A stretch of 63,878 nt of DNA, the filler included, from Octopus bimaculoides (lineage: Eukaryota), in assembly GCF_001194135.2 (NCBI RefSeq). It is 4 parts of 4 records of this genome, joined end to end, with 100 filler letters (N's around TTAATTAATTAA, not from the genome) between each part and the next. Parts side by side here need not be neighbours in the genome. Positions count along the whole stretch, not along the records: positions 24,781 to 47,340 come from NC_068990.1; 3 more parts are not named here. One strand, 5' to 3'. The position numbers and the translations under genes are program-made. Of the stretch, positions 26,200 to 39,983 are shown in pieces. Every line of letters begins with the position of its first letter. Within the stretch, counting starts at the first letter, position 1. Below the pieces are notes generated by a model. The model did no database searches and was not told the origin of the DNA. It saw only the letters and a program-made list of their open reading frames with translations.

Positions 26200-27600
26200 C
26201 CATTAACTAGCATAGTCATACCGATATCAACTCTTACAAAAGGTAAAGATGTCCAAGAAAACAGTAACTGCAAGGGCATCAAGCTGATGAACTGAGTTGT
26301 GAAAGTAAGAGAGAGGATTTATCATTCTTAAGTAGGAAGACAAACTAGCTTAGATGCAGTTGGTGTTTGTATTAGGATGGTGTACTACTGATGTTCATTT
26401 CTTAGTGGGACAACTACTGGAGAGATTCTGTAGTCTGGTAGTCACTAACAAATCTTGTTGTTGATGAATTGCTTGTGATAGCTGTGCAAGCCATGTAGAG
26501 AAATGATTTTGGCAAGGTGAGCTTTAGCAATGATTTCAACAAGGAATAGTGTGCTGGTAGGTGTTCATCAGGGTTTGGTTCTCAGCCCTTATGGTTTATT
26601 CTTGTTCTGCAGGCTATAACAGAAGCTACTTGGGAATTTCTGTGTGCTAGTGATTTAATTTTCATAGCTGGATCTTTTGAAGAATCAGTGTCGAAATTCC
26701 AAATATAAAAGCAAAGCCTAGAGTTGAAAGATCTTAAAGTAGACCCTGCAACAAAGATAATAGCATTATTTAGTATGAAAAAAGACAATAGTTTGTTGCC
26801 ATCTGTGAAGTGGCTCTGCTTGATATGCAAGAAAGGAGTAAATAGGAATGTCATATGGTGCATTCAACTATGGGTGTATAAGACACACAATGGCACCATA
26901 GATTGACAGAGAAGATAGACTCCACATGTAGCAGATTCATAGGAGTAACTAAAATAAGAACACCAATAAAATATATTTTTGCAAATGCTAGAAAAACTCT
27001 CTAGAAGTAGTTAATAGCTTCCTATATGTAGGTGATCTAATTAACTATGGAGGAGTGTATTTTGAAAGCATACTAGCTAGAATAAGAATTGGATAGAAAA
27101 AGTTCACAGCTAATTAGGATTGAATTACAATTTAAAAAATTTAGGCCAAAAGTCAAAAATTAAGTACTGGCATGAAGTCAACATTTATAAATAAGAACCT
27201 CTACTGGAAAGAAAGGGATTTTCTCTCTGAGTGAAAAGTAGATTATATGATGGTTTTTTGCAAAGTATAATGTTTCATAGTTGTATTGAATGCAGATGAA
27301 AAACAATGGCTGGAACGAAATGAGGTGAACGTGCTCTACTGGATGTGTAAGGTTATCATGCTTGAAAGATGGAGTCCATATGAGCTGAGAGAAAAATAGG
27401 GTATAAAAGGAATCAGTTAGAGTGCAAGAGAGAAATCTGAGCTGGTAGGGATATGTGATGCATATTGAAAATGACACCCGAGTAAAGAAGTGCTATGCAA
27501 CCTAAGTGGAAGTAACCTGCAGGAGAAGGAGGGCCAGAAAGACATGGAAAAAAGATGGTGGAAGCTGATCTTGAGGTTGAACCTCATGAAAGAGTTGACA
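26200..27600 (+). mobile_element. decayed RTE-clade LINE reverse-transcriptase region, interrupted at about 26900-27190
   Basis: relic motifs KGK...N.KGIKLM, VGVHQG.VLSP and ERNEVNVLYWMC...RRRRARKTWK with many stops. Confidence 0.7.
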
Positions 27601-29747
27601 AAAAGTCACTATGAGTGGCAAGATACAGAATTTAAGATCCCATCACTCAAAACATGGAAAAATTAGAATTAAAATGATGACTAATGTGGTCAGCTTTAAC
27701 CCTTTAGCATTCAGATTGCTCAGTCAAATGTAATGATTATTTACTCACATTGTTTTGAATTAATCATGCTTTATCTTGTAGATTTGAGATTTCAATGTGA
27801 TGGAATTGTCTATTTTTAGAATGATACTATAGGGTAGGTATGAGAGGTCAGATCTGGCCAGTTTGAGCAGAAAACAGGTAGAATATTTGGGCCAGATATG
27901 GCTGATTTAAATGCCAAAGAGCTAAACATAGCACTAGTGTAAGATTTGAGGATGGCTGTTAAGTGTCGGAATGATACTAGAGACAATGGTTGCTGACAAC
28001 TGTGGACTTGAAGAGATTGCAGTGATTAACAAGTTAATTCATACTTACAGTAGACATTACGTAAATTTACATTAGCGGGCAAAAGAACTGTTAGAAAATA
28101 ACTTGCTACATAAATTCATCTCCTCTCTTTTCTTCATATTTTGATTTCAAGACTAGACTTTTGGTTATCGTGACAATTGTACTTAGTTGTTTTTAGAAAG
28201 CAATGAGTTAAGAATTGACTGGTATTATAAATTAAGGTCTTGAAATTTGGCACAAAATACAATTTGAGAAATTTATGCTAATAGGTCAAACGGTAAATTC
28301 TGGCATGAAGTCAACATTTATAAATTAGCTTGCACAAAATTTTTGGGGAAAATTAACTTCAACAGTTTTGTAACAGAATAGCTTATTGATCAGCAGTGAT
28401 TGATAAAAAGAGAACAATTTTTTTGTTTCTATCTCTTTCAGCAAAGACTCTTCAAAAAATATCTGGCAGTGAGGCTTATTTGGGTATTGAGATGTTTGTG
28501 AGACTTTTGAGAGAGAAATAATTTCAATATTATAAATTGGGATGAATATTTCAGTTATTTTTTTCCCTCTCATTCTGTATGTTATAAATTGTTGAGTTGT
28601 TTTTGAGGTATTAAACAAAAAAATGAATGCTTTTGAATTGTAACTATTAGCTGTTTTAAATATTCTTGAATAGAATAAAGCTTTACTATTTTATGGAAAA
28701 GAGTCCCAACTGGTTGAGATGGGTTAATAGTTTGTATCATATCTTTAGTTTTCACAGCCTCTAGAGTTTCTCAGTTGGATTTGAGATACTTACTCAACTC
28801 CCAGTTGTCCAATATATATATATGATTTTAAATATATTCCATGAAGAAATAAGGTCAGTGATACAAGTAACTTCAGCCCTACTTAAGAAGTTATATAATA
28901 CATGGCTAGAAGATTGAACTTGTATGTGGATGTTAGATCAAATTTCATTGTGTGATTTACATTCTAGCTGTGACCACCATGTTTTTACTGTGAGCTTGCT
29001 GTCTTAAGATTTAAAATTTATCTGTCTAACATTTCAAAGCTGATAGGAAAATAATATGAAATTTACTGTTACAATGAATAAGTAGTTGAGTAGCTAATAG
29101 AAAAATGTGCAATCTGTAGTTGTACAACTTCTGCTTAAATAGACTTTGTTTGTCACCTATTGCCATCTCAGAGACTTGATAAAAAAGTACCAAATCAATT
29201 AAGATGTGGATGAGTGATTTTTGGCCCAGTTTGTGAAACTGATAAGGGTATTTCATATGTTGGTGGACTTAGCTTTGGATTTCAATCTAGTCCCCAGTGT
29301 TAACGAAATGTTTGATAAGCATACAACAAGGAAACTTCGAAATTAAACAATTTTCTATTATCAAAAACAAGGAATTAAAATAACCTTTCAAGACAACATT
29401 CTGTAATAAATATATTAATTATACTTGTGCACATGCACACACACACAAACACATGCATTATATGTACATCTGTATTAGAACTAATTTATGATCATCATCA
29501 TTATCATCACCACCTTCATTGATGCTTCCATCACCATCAATTCCAATTCCACTACCTTCACCATTATTTACTATCTTCTCCATTACCATTTTTCTGTGTG
29601 TTCATCCTGTGCAAGAGAGACCACTAGAGCAACATTAGATATTGAAACTGCGTTTCTTATGACTGAGTGAAGAGAGTGCAGCTGCTAAAATCAGTATATT
29701 CTAATAGCCTTGTTGTTTTTAAACTCAGTGAATGTCCTTGTTATGGT

Positions 29748-30135
29748 TGTTGTTGGCACTCCGTCGCTTACGACGTCTAGCGTTCCAATTGATCCGATCA
29801 GTGGAACAGCCTGCTCGTGAAATTAATGTGCAATTGGCTGAGCACTCCACAGACATGTGTACTCTTAATGTAGTTCACGGGGATATTCAGCGTGACACAG
29901 TGTGACAAGGCTGACCCTTTGAATTACAGGCACAACAGAAACAGGAAGTAAGATTGAGAGAAAGTTGTGGTGAAAGAGTATAGCAGGGTTCGCCACCATC
30001 CCCTGCTGGAGCCTTGTGGAGCTTTAGGTGTTTTCGCTCAATAAACACTCACAACGCCCGGTCTGGAAATCGAAACGACGATCCTATGACTGCGAGTCTG
30101 CTTCCCTAACCACTGGGCCATTGCGCCTCCACCAT
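29748..30135 (-). mobile_element. near-full-length SINE family C with tRNA-like head
   Basis: minus strand starts tggaggcgcaatggcccagtggttaggg...gtttcgatttcc (A/B-box-like); (GTT)n tail. Confidence 0.85.
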
Positions 30136-30910
30136 GGTAGTTCTATGAAAGTAAACAATTTTTTTTTGTTTCCTTGTATTTCAGATAGTGTTCTATTAGC
30201 AGACATCTGTTCAGCTTCTTGTACAAAATTCTCATGACTTTAACATATAATTGTCCTTATAGTCTGTCTGTGTTTTCCCATTTTTTATTAATTAAGATAT
30301 ATATCAAGCAAAACACTTAATGGGACTCTCTTTTGACTGGGTTAACAAATACAAATAGCATTAGCTAACATGTTGTGGGTTACTGCTTGACTACCTTGGT
30401 TTGGTTAGTTGATGTATGCCCCCAAGGAAAGTGTTGGAGTTCACTAAGGGGTTGTAGAATAATTATCGAAATCTGTAAAGAAAGAATAAATTGCGACCAT
30501 TATGGCAAAAATGTCTGATAACTGTTAAAATGACTTTATTCACATTCTCCATTGTACAATAAATCAGTTTAGCTGTGACATGCTGTGAACACAGTAAAGT
30601 TTATGTGTATGGGTAGGTTTTATTGAGAAAATAAATCTTAGACGAAATGAATCTTACAGGTGTACTCTAAAGGTGTGAATGTTGCAGTTACAGAGATGAG
30701 CACACCTACCACAAAACCTTATGATGTATATATCACCATCATCTGTTTAATGGCCTATTTTACATGCTTGTATAGCTCAGACAGAATTTTGTTTGATTGG
30801 ACTTTTATGGTTGGATGCCCTTCTTGTTGCAAACCCTCACCTCTTTCCCAACAAGTTAATATTTTCTCATGACCAGATATCACAAATGATGTCCAGACAA
30901 GAGAACAGTT

Positions 30911-30948
<38 letters not shown>

Positions 30949-31918
30949 ATGCGCACACACACATACTTATGCGCACACACACATACTTATGCACACACAC
31001 ACACTTATACACATACATTTACATACATATGTACTCACACACACACACACACACATATATATGTACACACACACACACACACACACACACAATGGGCTTG
31101 TTTCTGTTTGCCAAACCCACTCGCAAGGCTTTGGTCAGCCCAGGGCTATAGGAGAAGACACTTGCTGAATTGAGGATGCATGACCCAGTGGTTAGGGTGT
31201 TCCACTCATGATTGTAAGATTGTGGTTTCAATTCCTAGTCCGGGTGGTGTGTTGTGTTCTTGAGCAAAACACTTCGTTTCAAATTGCTCTATGATCACTT
31301 CGACACCTGAAGCATTGCACACCGTGCACCCGTTCAGGCAATGGGGATTTGATGGGCGGGGGTGGGGAGTGAGCTAATGTACAGCACACATATGTGATCA
31401 CTATAAACACATCATTTGTGCAGGTCATTTAGCAAAAAAGCTGAACTCTCATATGTTACGTTCGACAGGAAAGTCCATCGCATACACACAAGTAAACATA
31501 CATACACATCTGCTGCATTTAAGGTATCAAAGGAAATAAAGATCCTGTGATGTGGTTGTGTGGTAAGAAGCTTGCTTCTTGACCACATGGTTCCAGGTTC
31601 AGTCCCACTGTGTGGAACCTTGGGCAAGTGGCTTCTACTAGAGCCTAGGGCCGACCAAAGCCTTGTGATTGGATTTGGTAGATGGAAACTGATTCAGTTG
31701 TAACCAGAATCACAATTCAATGGCTGTAATAACATTTGTCGTCTTTGTTCTTTGTGTGTGTTAATTGTATTGACATAATGACTCTCCCTAGACATAATAA
31801 AACAAAGTAGTGTGTCAGAAACCTTCTCACTTTTATCAATTTATATTGTGTGTGTGTGTATATATATATATATATTCTGTATATATTTATAATCTTGGGT
31901 TATTCTTAATATTTTCAG

Positions 31919-32007
31919 TGGTGAAGGAATTGTTTACTCATTTGATGAAATGGTTGGTGTCCTTGAGGTCTCACATTACTTGAAAGTATTGAATAAAGAT
32001 TATCCAG
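31919..32007 (+). CDS. RIC1: RIC1 internal coding exon (first visible), 89 nt: GEGIVYSFDEMVGVLEVSHYLKVLNKDYP
   Basis: tttcAG acceptor and GTaaaa donor; aligns by eye to vertebrate RIC1 [29 protein letters not shown]; trailing G joins AT of the next exon (Asp). Confidence 0.88.
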
Positions 32008-33034
32008 GTAAAATATAATTTTGTTATCTGTTTATAGAATTATATTTTTGAACTGTTAACTCCATTTTTGTTTTTTTGTTTTTAAATTTGTTTTAAAATA
32101 AAGCTCAACATTTTGAATACTTTAATCTTTATTCAACATCAGGCAACCAGTGTTTTTGTTGGGACTGAACATGCGAAATCTTTTCATGCAGCATTCCAAC
32201 ATACTTATTTAATGCCAGGACAACTAAAACACTTGTGATATTGATTTAAATATAAATGCATCTGCTCTATCAATTTGTTTCAATCTTTTAATTATCTTAC
32301 AATATTGTAATCCATTGAATTGTTAGGGCATTACATTGTCTTAATGGACTGCTTTACCATTCAGTTGACTTCAGGAAGAACAAATATCCACACATTTATA
32401 CATTCATTGCAACACTTTATACACATTCATTATAACATAAATGCTACTATGAAAAGCTGTAACAGATGGCAGGTTCTGTATTTATTTAGGGCTTATATAT
32501 TCAAGAAATATGTTTATTGGAGGCCCAGTAATGTCCACCAATAACTAAAATAAAAGAGAAAATTGACTGGACAAGAATATATTAAGTGAAGACAACAACA
32601 AAGAAAGAAAAGTAAAATTAAAAAATAAAAGAAAGATTTAGATGACTGGAATATACAAAGGTGCAGGTGTGGCTGTGTGGTAAGAAGTTTGCTTCTCAGT
32701 CACGTGTTCTGGGTTCAGTCCCACTGCATAGCACTGTGGGCAAGTGTCTTCTACTAGAGCCCTTGGCCAACCAAAGCCTTATGAGTGGATTTAGTAGGCA
32801 GAAACTAAAAGAAGCCTGTTGTGTGTGTGTGTGTGTATAGTTATGATATATTCTGTTAAGAACGTGGTAGACTACAGTATAAAGATTGTCCACCTTCTGA
32901 TTTACCCTTTGCTCTCCAGTAGTAGTATTATATGTACTTCCAGGTTTGTGTTTGGGCATCTACCATTTGTGAATATATAACTGAAAAAATTGTATGCGTG
33001 TGAGTGTGTGTATGTGTCTGAGTGTTGAATTTTA

Positions 33035-33235
33035 AAGGACAAAGGGATTAAGTTGATTACATCGACACCAGTGTGTAACTGGTACTTAATTTATCGACCT
33101 CAAACGGATGAAAGGCGGAGTCGACCTCGGCAGAATTTGAACTCAGAACGTAATGGCAGACAAAATACCGCTAAGCATTTCGCCCGGCATGCTAATGTTT
33201 CTGCCAGCTCGCCGCCTCATTTACCTATTCTGGTT
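33035..33235 (-). mobile_element. young SINE family B in RIC1 intron
   Basis: CpG-intact reverse complement of family B. Confidence 0.8.
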
Positions 33236-33585
33236 CTTCTTCTGTCATCACTTTCTCTTTTGTTCATTTTTCAGTCCCCATGCCTTGTTAAAATGCACGC
33301 TGTACTCTCTGTAAAGTGGTTGGTGAATGAGTGGATACAGTGTTGGGTTGACAGAAGATATAATAGCTTTTCTAGTGCTGGTGCCACAATAAAATGCACT
33401 CAGTACACTCTGTAAAGTGGCTGGTGACATAAAGAGTGTCTAGTTGTAAAAGCCAAGTCAGAAAATGAAACATTCAAGTGAGACATAGTTCTCTGACCTT
33501 TCTAAATGACCCATCCAACCCATGACTGCATGAAAATAGATTTAAAATGATGCTGATGATGATGTACTTTTGAAATTTGTTTTAG

Positions 33586-33730
33586 ATGCTGGAGAGATGA
33601 TTGGTGCTGTGTCTTGTATGAAATGGACACCTGATGAAACAGCTCTGGCTATGTGCTGGCAACATGGTGGATTCTCACTCTGGAGTGTTTTTGGTGCTCT
33701 TTTAGTATGCACTCTGGGTGGCGATTATTG
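33586..33730 (+). CDS. RIC1: RIC1 coding exon, 145 nt: (D)[47 protein letters not shown]
   Basis: tttAG/GTaag; matches RIC1 motif GAVKLMRWSPD...[24 protein letters not shown]; phase consistent with both neighbours. Confidence 0.95.
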
Positions 33731-34589
33731 GTAAGTTTATGAGATTATTCTACTCCAAATTTATTTTCTTTGTCCAGTGGGAAATAGTGTCTACTTTACA
33801 GGTTGAGTGAAAACTTTTTGTTTAGTTTTGGGAGTTTTAGTTGTATCTCTAATTTAATTTAAGAGCCCCCTACAATATATCTGTGTAGTTGGAAACTAGT
33901 TGATATAAGAATTAGTCACATAGGCTGGTCAAGAATATTTGTTGGAGACTATTTTCTCTTTTTTAAGTTTTTCTCCATATTCACTTCTTTTAGTGTTTTT
34001 TCTCTTGGAAATTTTACTTTAATTTCGATTCATATTCTAAATGTGACTGTCAACCAAATGTACATTTGTTAAGAGGAGACAAGTGTGCAAGCAGAGACCA
34101 CAAATTCTTTTCATTTTTTGAAAGAATTATATCTGTGTAAACACTTTTAAGAAATCAGGAACATTAGGTTGTAGAAATATAATTTCACATTTCCTTGATA
34201 GTTCTTGGTCAGTGGTACATGTAAAATGTTTTCATGCTGGGTTAAAGATTTTAGAGATATAAAGTAAATGCTAAGGTGCTCTTAAATATTTATCTAACAG
34301 CATGAGTGAGAACTCATTTAATGTAGGGAGGCAAACTTTGTTGCAGTAACAGTAGCTATACATTCCAACCATCCTGGTTTTAACAAAATGGAAGAAATTT
34401 TTTTTAATACATAAATGAAAACCAATACAATAAAAATAGCTACTTAATTCCTTGATGTACTAAAATCTAGGTTTTGCAACAGTATAGGCTGTTTGGCTTA
34501 AAAGGCAACTGAACTATTCTGTTTGTCTACCGTTTTGGTACTAGGAAGAAGACAGTGTCTCACTCTTCAAGACTATATATATCTTGAGC

Positions 34590-34925
34590 GTGATTGTTAC
34601 CAGTGTCACTTTACTGGCACGTTAAAAAACATTTGAGCGAGGTCGTTACCAGTGCCGCTGGACTGGCTCCTGTGCAGGTGGCACGTAAAAAGCACCATTT
34701 TGAGTGTGGCCATGGCCAGTACTGCCTGACTGGCCCTCGTGCCGGTGGCATGTAAAAGCACCCACAACACTCTTGGAGTGGTTGGCATTAGGAAGGGCAT
34801 CCAGCTGTAGAAATTTTGTCAGATCAGATTGGAGCCTGGTGCAGCCATCCGGTTCACCAGTCCTTAGTCAAATCGTCCAACCCAAGCTAGCATGGAAAGC
34901 GGATGTTAAATGATGATGATGATGA
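34590..34925 (+). mobile_element. family D retroelement with (GAT)n tail
   Basis: gagtggttggcattaggaagggcatccagctgtagaaa...catggaaagcggatgttaaatgatgat. Confidence 0.8.
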
Positions 34926-35151
34926 TACATACATTTCTCTAACTATTAAGAGTCAGATGTCAAAGAAATTTTAAATAATTTCCTTGTTCATATTGTCTTG
35001 TAAACATTCTTTGATCTCCAGTGTTGAGGCAGTTGTGTGGTTCTTCTCTTAATTTAGAATTTGTTTTTTAACATAGCTAATTTAGTGAAATATTTTAAAC
35101 CTATGTTTTACTTACGGTTTAATATTTACTGAATTTTGAATATATTTTTAG

Positions 35152-35200
35152 GTTCCCAAAATCTGAAAGTAAGCTTTATCCTTCTCCTGTTAAAAGCATG
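35152..35200 (+). CDS. RIC1: RIC1 coding exon, 49 nt: (W)FPKSESKLYPSPVKSM
   Basis: tttttAG/GTaag; bridges phase 2 to phase 0 between flanking exons; ends in KSM like vertebrate INSM. Confidence 0.85.
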
Positions 35201-35599
35201 GTAAGTACCTTTACATATCTATAGTGTTTTTATGCATGAGAATATGTTTGTGCATGTTTGCATGTGTGAGGAAGAGATAGTGTTTGGAATACTTTGTAGT
35301 CTTGCAAGCTGCATGACAATGTCATTAATGCTGGTGGCACGAAAAAAGTATCCAGCACATACTGTAAAGTGGTTGACATTAAGAAGGGCATCCAGCCATA
35401 GAATCCATGCCAATGCAGACACTGGAGCATAATGCAGTCCTTGGACTTCTCAATTGTGTCAAACCATTCAACCCATGTCAGCATGGAACATGGATGTTAA
35501 ATGTTGATGTTGATGATGATGATGATTATACATGTCTATTCAAAAAGAAGCCAGACTTTTAAAACAACATGCCAGCCAGCTTGTGATTTCACTGTTGTG

Positions 35600-36725
35600 T
35601 GAGACCTGCAATCTAATAATAGCCATATTATACCATATCAGTTAGCGTTGATCTGTATGTGCTTGAGTGAGTGTCTGTTTAGTGCACTTGGTGATTTGTC
35701 ATGAATTGTTCAGTGAAGTATTTAGAAGAGCAACATTTTGTTTGGAATTCTGTTTTAAATTGGGAAAACTTTAATGGGGACTTTTCTAACATTGCAACAG
35801 GCCTGTCGAGAGGATTGCTTGAGTCGTATGCAATGTTATGAGTGATATTAGTGACTCAAATTGGGAAGATGTCCATTGAAGATGATGAGAAATCTGGAGG
35901 GTATTTTATAACAATGGACTATGATCAGGTTGCAAAAGTATGGATTGTGATCCATGAAAATTCGTCACCTGACAATCTGCAAAGTTTCTGATGAAATGGG
36001 TATCTGTAAAATTTTGTGTCACATAATTTATAAGAAAATTTGAAGACATATTATGTTACAACATTTGTAGTGCATCAATTGACAGATGAACAAAAAAAAA
36101 ATCAAGTCTTTATTGTTCAACACTGATGGAAACTTTCTGAAAAATATAACAGTTGATGAAACATGGGTATACAGATACAATGTTGAAGCAAAATGACTGT
36201 TGTAATAGTGGATTGGATCATTAATGCTGTTTTTTTTTAAAGAACGCTTAAATATGAAGGTGGTGTTCATCATCTTTTGTTTGTGAAGATGTCACTTGTC
36301 ATGTGTTTATCCCATGTGATCAGATGATCTCTAAAATTTTATTTGGATGCCTTGTAACTTTTGAAAGAGTTGCTATGAAGGGTAAATCTCAGGCATGGAC
36401 AGATAGAACATGGATACTACTCTGTGACAGTGTATTTGTTTACATATCACTCCTTATTCATGATCTTTTTGTAAACTACTAACAGACTCTTGTTCCCAAG
36501 CTACATTACTCTCAGGATTTTTCCCTATTAGAAATTATTTTTGCATTCCCAAAGCTGAAATCTACTCTGAAATATCACTGATTTTAGATGATAGAAGAAA
36601 TTGAAGAAAATTCACTCTGCACTACCTCTGAAAATGTGTTCCAAAACAGACCCTCCTCTCAGCCAAAAAAAAAAAAAAATATTGAGAACAGTGTATCAAC
36701 AGGTGACTCCAATTATCTTGTATAA
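35600..36725 (+). mobile_element. decayed mariner (DD34D-type) transposase pseudogene
   Basis: relic motifs MSIEDDEKSG, FLKNITVDETWVYRYNVEAK and FPKLKSTLK with stops and frameshifts. Confidence 0.75.
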
Positions 36726-36780
36726 AAAGAAATCATTGTTATTTTATAATACAATTTTAGTGGTACTTTTTCTCATGTAG

Positions 36781-36954
36781 GAGTGGGGTATTGAGGGATA
36801 TCACCTATGGATGATCTGTAAATGCTTTACTGAGGAAGATAACTCATCTACTGAAGATGAAGATCCATCTGAAGAGGAGGAAGAGGAGTCCCCTTCTACT
36901 CAACTTTTACAAATGCAGTTTGTGAAAAGTTCTTTAACATCTAATCCTTGTATG
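36781..36954 (+). CDS. RIC1: RIC1 coding exon, 174 nt: EWGIEGYHLWMICKCF...QLLQMQFVKSSLTSNPCM
   Basis: catgtAG/GTaag; matches SWGAEGYHLW...LLFQFIKSVLTVNPCM. Confidence 0.95.
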
Positions 36955-39211
36955 GTAAGTTTCTATATTTCTGGTTCCTTCTCAGACAATTCAGCTCTCA
37001 AAATTAATATTATTGTTATTGCATTTAAAAAAAATCTTTTTCCATTTTCTCTGGTTTCATTCTTTGGACTGCAACCATGATGGGGCACTATCTTCAGAAA
37101 ACTTCTTAATCATTCATCCATGCCTACACCTGGATAACTTTAGGATCATTGTTGTATTATTGTGTATCTATGTGTGGTCAGTCTATTGTGTTGTTGATTC
37201 AACACTGTGAATTTTGCCAAGTCAGTGGGTAAAGTATAAAGATGTTTTGTCTATTCAACAGTTAAGGTTGTTTTAATGTATTGAACTGTTGTACCTAACG
37301 ATTACTTTTAATAATTTATTTAATAGGAAAATATAATTTAAGTCTAATTACATCACCATAAAATATCCAACATTGGTGCAGTATTAATTTCGAGCAAATA
37401 AATGTGGAAAATATTGGTGTATGTGTTCTGGACTGATGGCAGTATTGATAGAGGCATATAATGAAACAGCAACAGCAAGTATAAACTGAAACTTTGGAAA
37501 TCATTAGTACTTTCTGCTAAGTTGATGTGCTGAAAGTAGACCATGTTCAAATAGTCTGTGTTTTGGATAAAGGAACAAATGTTGAAAAATAGCAACCTGG
37601 TTATTCAACCAAAGGTTTCTTTCCTTACAAAGGGCACTAAAGTTGGTGTCCTTAAGTAACTTATTTTCTCAGTCATTATAATGATTCATGTAATACCTGC
37701 ATGTGTAGATTATTGTACATCAATATAGAAGTTATCTTATTTCTAATTTGGCAAGTCAGGAAAAAGTTATATTTTGCTGAGAAGGTCTTATGTAACTGAA
37801 AAATACCTGGAGTTGTTGCCCATATTTGCCTAAATCAGATTTAATTAAAATCAGTCATTCAGCTTATGTTTTCTTCTTGCTGCATAAGTGTTATTATTAA
37901 ATTTTTCTCCTTTTATATTATGATGCCACTAACTAAATTGTTATAAAAGATATATATCAAAAGTGTAATTACTGCATGGCATGGAAATCTGATAGGAGCT
38001 ATATAATGACTTGGGACAATGAGTGAGTTGAACATGTGGTGCGAACTTACAAGAAAACCTGAGAATGAATTGAGAAGCAAAAATACATCAAAGACATTGC
38101 CAGAGGGTTGAATCTGCCATAGTGAAAGCATGATACAAAATGGGTGGAGATGGAAAATATTTTTGTTTAAGATAAACTAAACAAAGAAGCTTTGGAGGGA
38201 GTAGTTGAGTCAGACATGACATTGTTTCATCTGATGAAGTAACACAAGTTTGAAACATAGTTGTATTGCAGATTTGTGCTGAAATAGAAAATGATCACAC
38301 ATCCTAATTAAAACTTCCCTATGGTGACTTGGTTCCAGATCTGAATAACAATTCTGACTTTCAGTTTTTGTTTTGACAATACTATTTGTCAAGAAGGAAA
38401 CTTTGAGAAACTGCAATATTAAGATTATTTCACATAACCTTGCCATGTCTATCATGTGTTGAACTTTGATGGTAAAGAAGAAAAATATCAATCCAAGAGA
38501 AAGACTTAATTTGAACTTGTAGTATTAAGCTGTATAACCATAAAATCTAATTCCAGCTGTTTACTATTGTTGTTTTGCTAAGTTTACATGTTTTGTTAAC
38601 TTTTCAGTCTTAGTTTCTTGTTTTTTTTATAAAGAGCAAATGTTAGCTCCAAGTTGTATATGTTGGGCAAGTTGTCTCCCCTACATAAACTAGATTTTTT
38701 TTTTTAATGGTATAGTCAAAGGAAATGGTTGTCATTCATGATGCTTTTCAAGAACTCCAAAGACTACCGAGAGGAAGGAAGGCCTGACCTGAAAACTTAC
38801 AGCAGAATGTTATAAGCTAAAGACTCCTAAGAGTCAAGTCATGATGTTAAATTGGAAGATGGATTAAGTCTAGTACCCAAGAATAGCAATAACTCTTCTG
38901 GTGGGAGCTTTCTTGTAGTTTGTGCCTATCAAATTTCACTGATTAGGCTTTGATTTAGCTATGACTATGGTACTAGACATTTCTCCACGGTACTGGCTTG
39001 TGAGACCGACTCTACAACTACGAAGCTGTAAAGTAAAATTCAGTTACAACATCATTTGTTGAATAAAGTCTTGCTATACAGTTTCTCTTGTTATTACTTC
39101 TTATGATAGTATACTGTACTCAATATTTACCAAAATTTATTTACTTTTTAATTCTTTGTCCAAACCCTATTTTCGTGTGACTAACTAAATTGTTTTGACA
39201 TCTTTTTTCAG

Positions 39212-39409
39212 GCAAATCATGAACACCTTTTCCTTCAAGGAGATAATAAACTTTATTTGAATATTGGAGACTCGGTTTTTAAAGTTTCAAACTCCAATGT
39301 GTCCCCCTCTGTCACGTCTTCCCCCATCTCTCATGTGTTGGTTGGAAATAAACAGTGGCAGGTTATACCAATCTCACACAGCTACCTCTCAGCTAACTGG
39401 CCAATAAGA
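39212..39409 (+). CDS. RIC1: RIC1 coding exon, 198 nt: ANHEHLFLQGDNKLYLNIGD...KQWQVIPISHSYLSANWPIR
   Basis: ttttcAG/GTaag; matches SNQEQVLLQGEDRLYLN...HWHVVQISSTYLESNWPIR. Confidence 0.95.
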
Positions 39410-39585
39410 GTAAGTTCAAAGTATTCTTGTTGTTGATGGTGTTATTTTAAAAATATGTTTGCTGTCGTTGATGTTGCTGCTGCAACTGTTCTGAAAAGAA
39501 CATCCTTTTTTCTTTTCATAGTTGACCTAACATATATATTAAGAAGAATCATTAATATCTATCCCTGTTTTGTTTGGTTTGAACC

Positions 39586-39983
39586 TGTAAAAGGTTGATA
39601 GTAGCAATAGAGACTTTAGCCTCTCTCTATCACCTTTCAACAAAATTATATATTTAGAAACAGTAGAACAATTAACAACATAATAAAAATAAGTTTTATT
39701 TTGGTGATGCTTGGCTTTACAAATCCTGTGTCATTCAGCCTAGCAGTCGCTGGTTAACTTGTAATCGGCATCTGGATATTAAGAGCTTCGTTGAGGCATG
39801 CCAAAGGAGCAAGTAGTTGTCATGTCGAAAGCATCACGCTAAAGAGGCTTAGAAAGCGCGCAAAGCGCTTTAAGTACTGGTTTTACTACGCATGTGCACT
39901 CGAGGGGCTTCCGGGAAGGCAAGTCCCTTGCGCATGCGTAGATTGTACTTCTTTAATGGCGGCCATAATTTCGTGCCACTACA
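39586..39983 (-). mobile_element. solo LTR (398 bp), TGTA...TACA termini, 4-bp TSD AACC
   Basis: aacc|tgtaaaag ... ccactaca|aacc; homologous to 40559-41010; strand inferred from motif order. Confidence 0.8.

Noticed and set aside
30075-30135. tRNA-like sequences (also 48042-48105 and 61815-61880)
   Set aside because: These are SINE heads continuing into repeat bodies; no complete cloverleaf.
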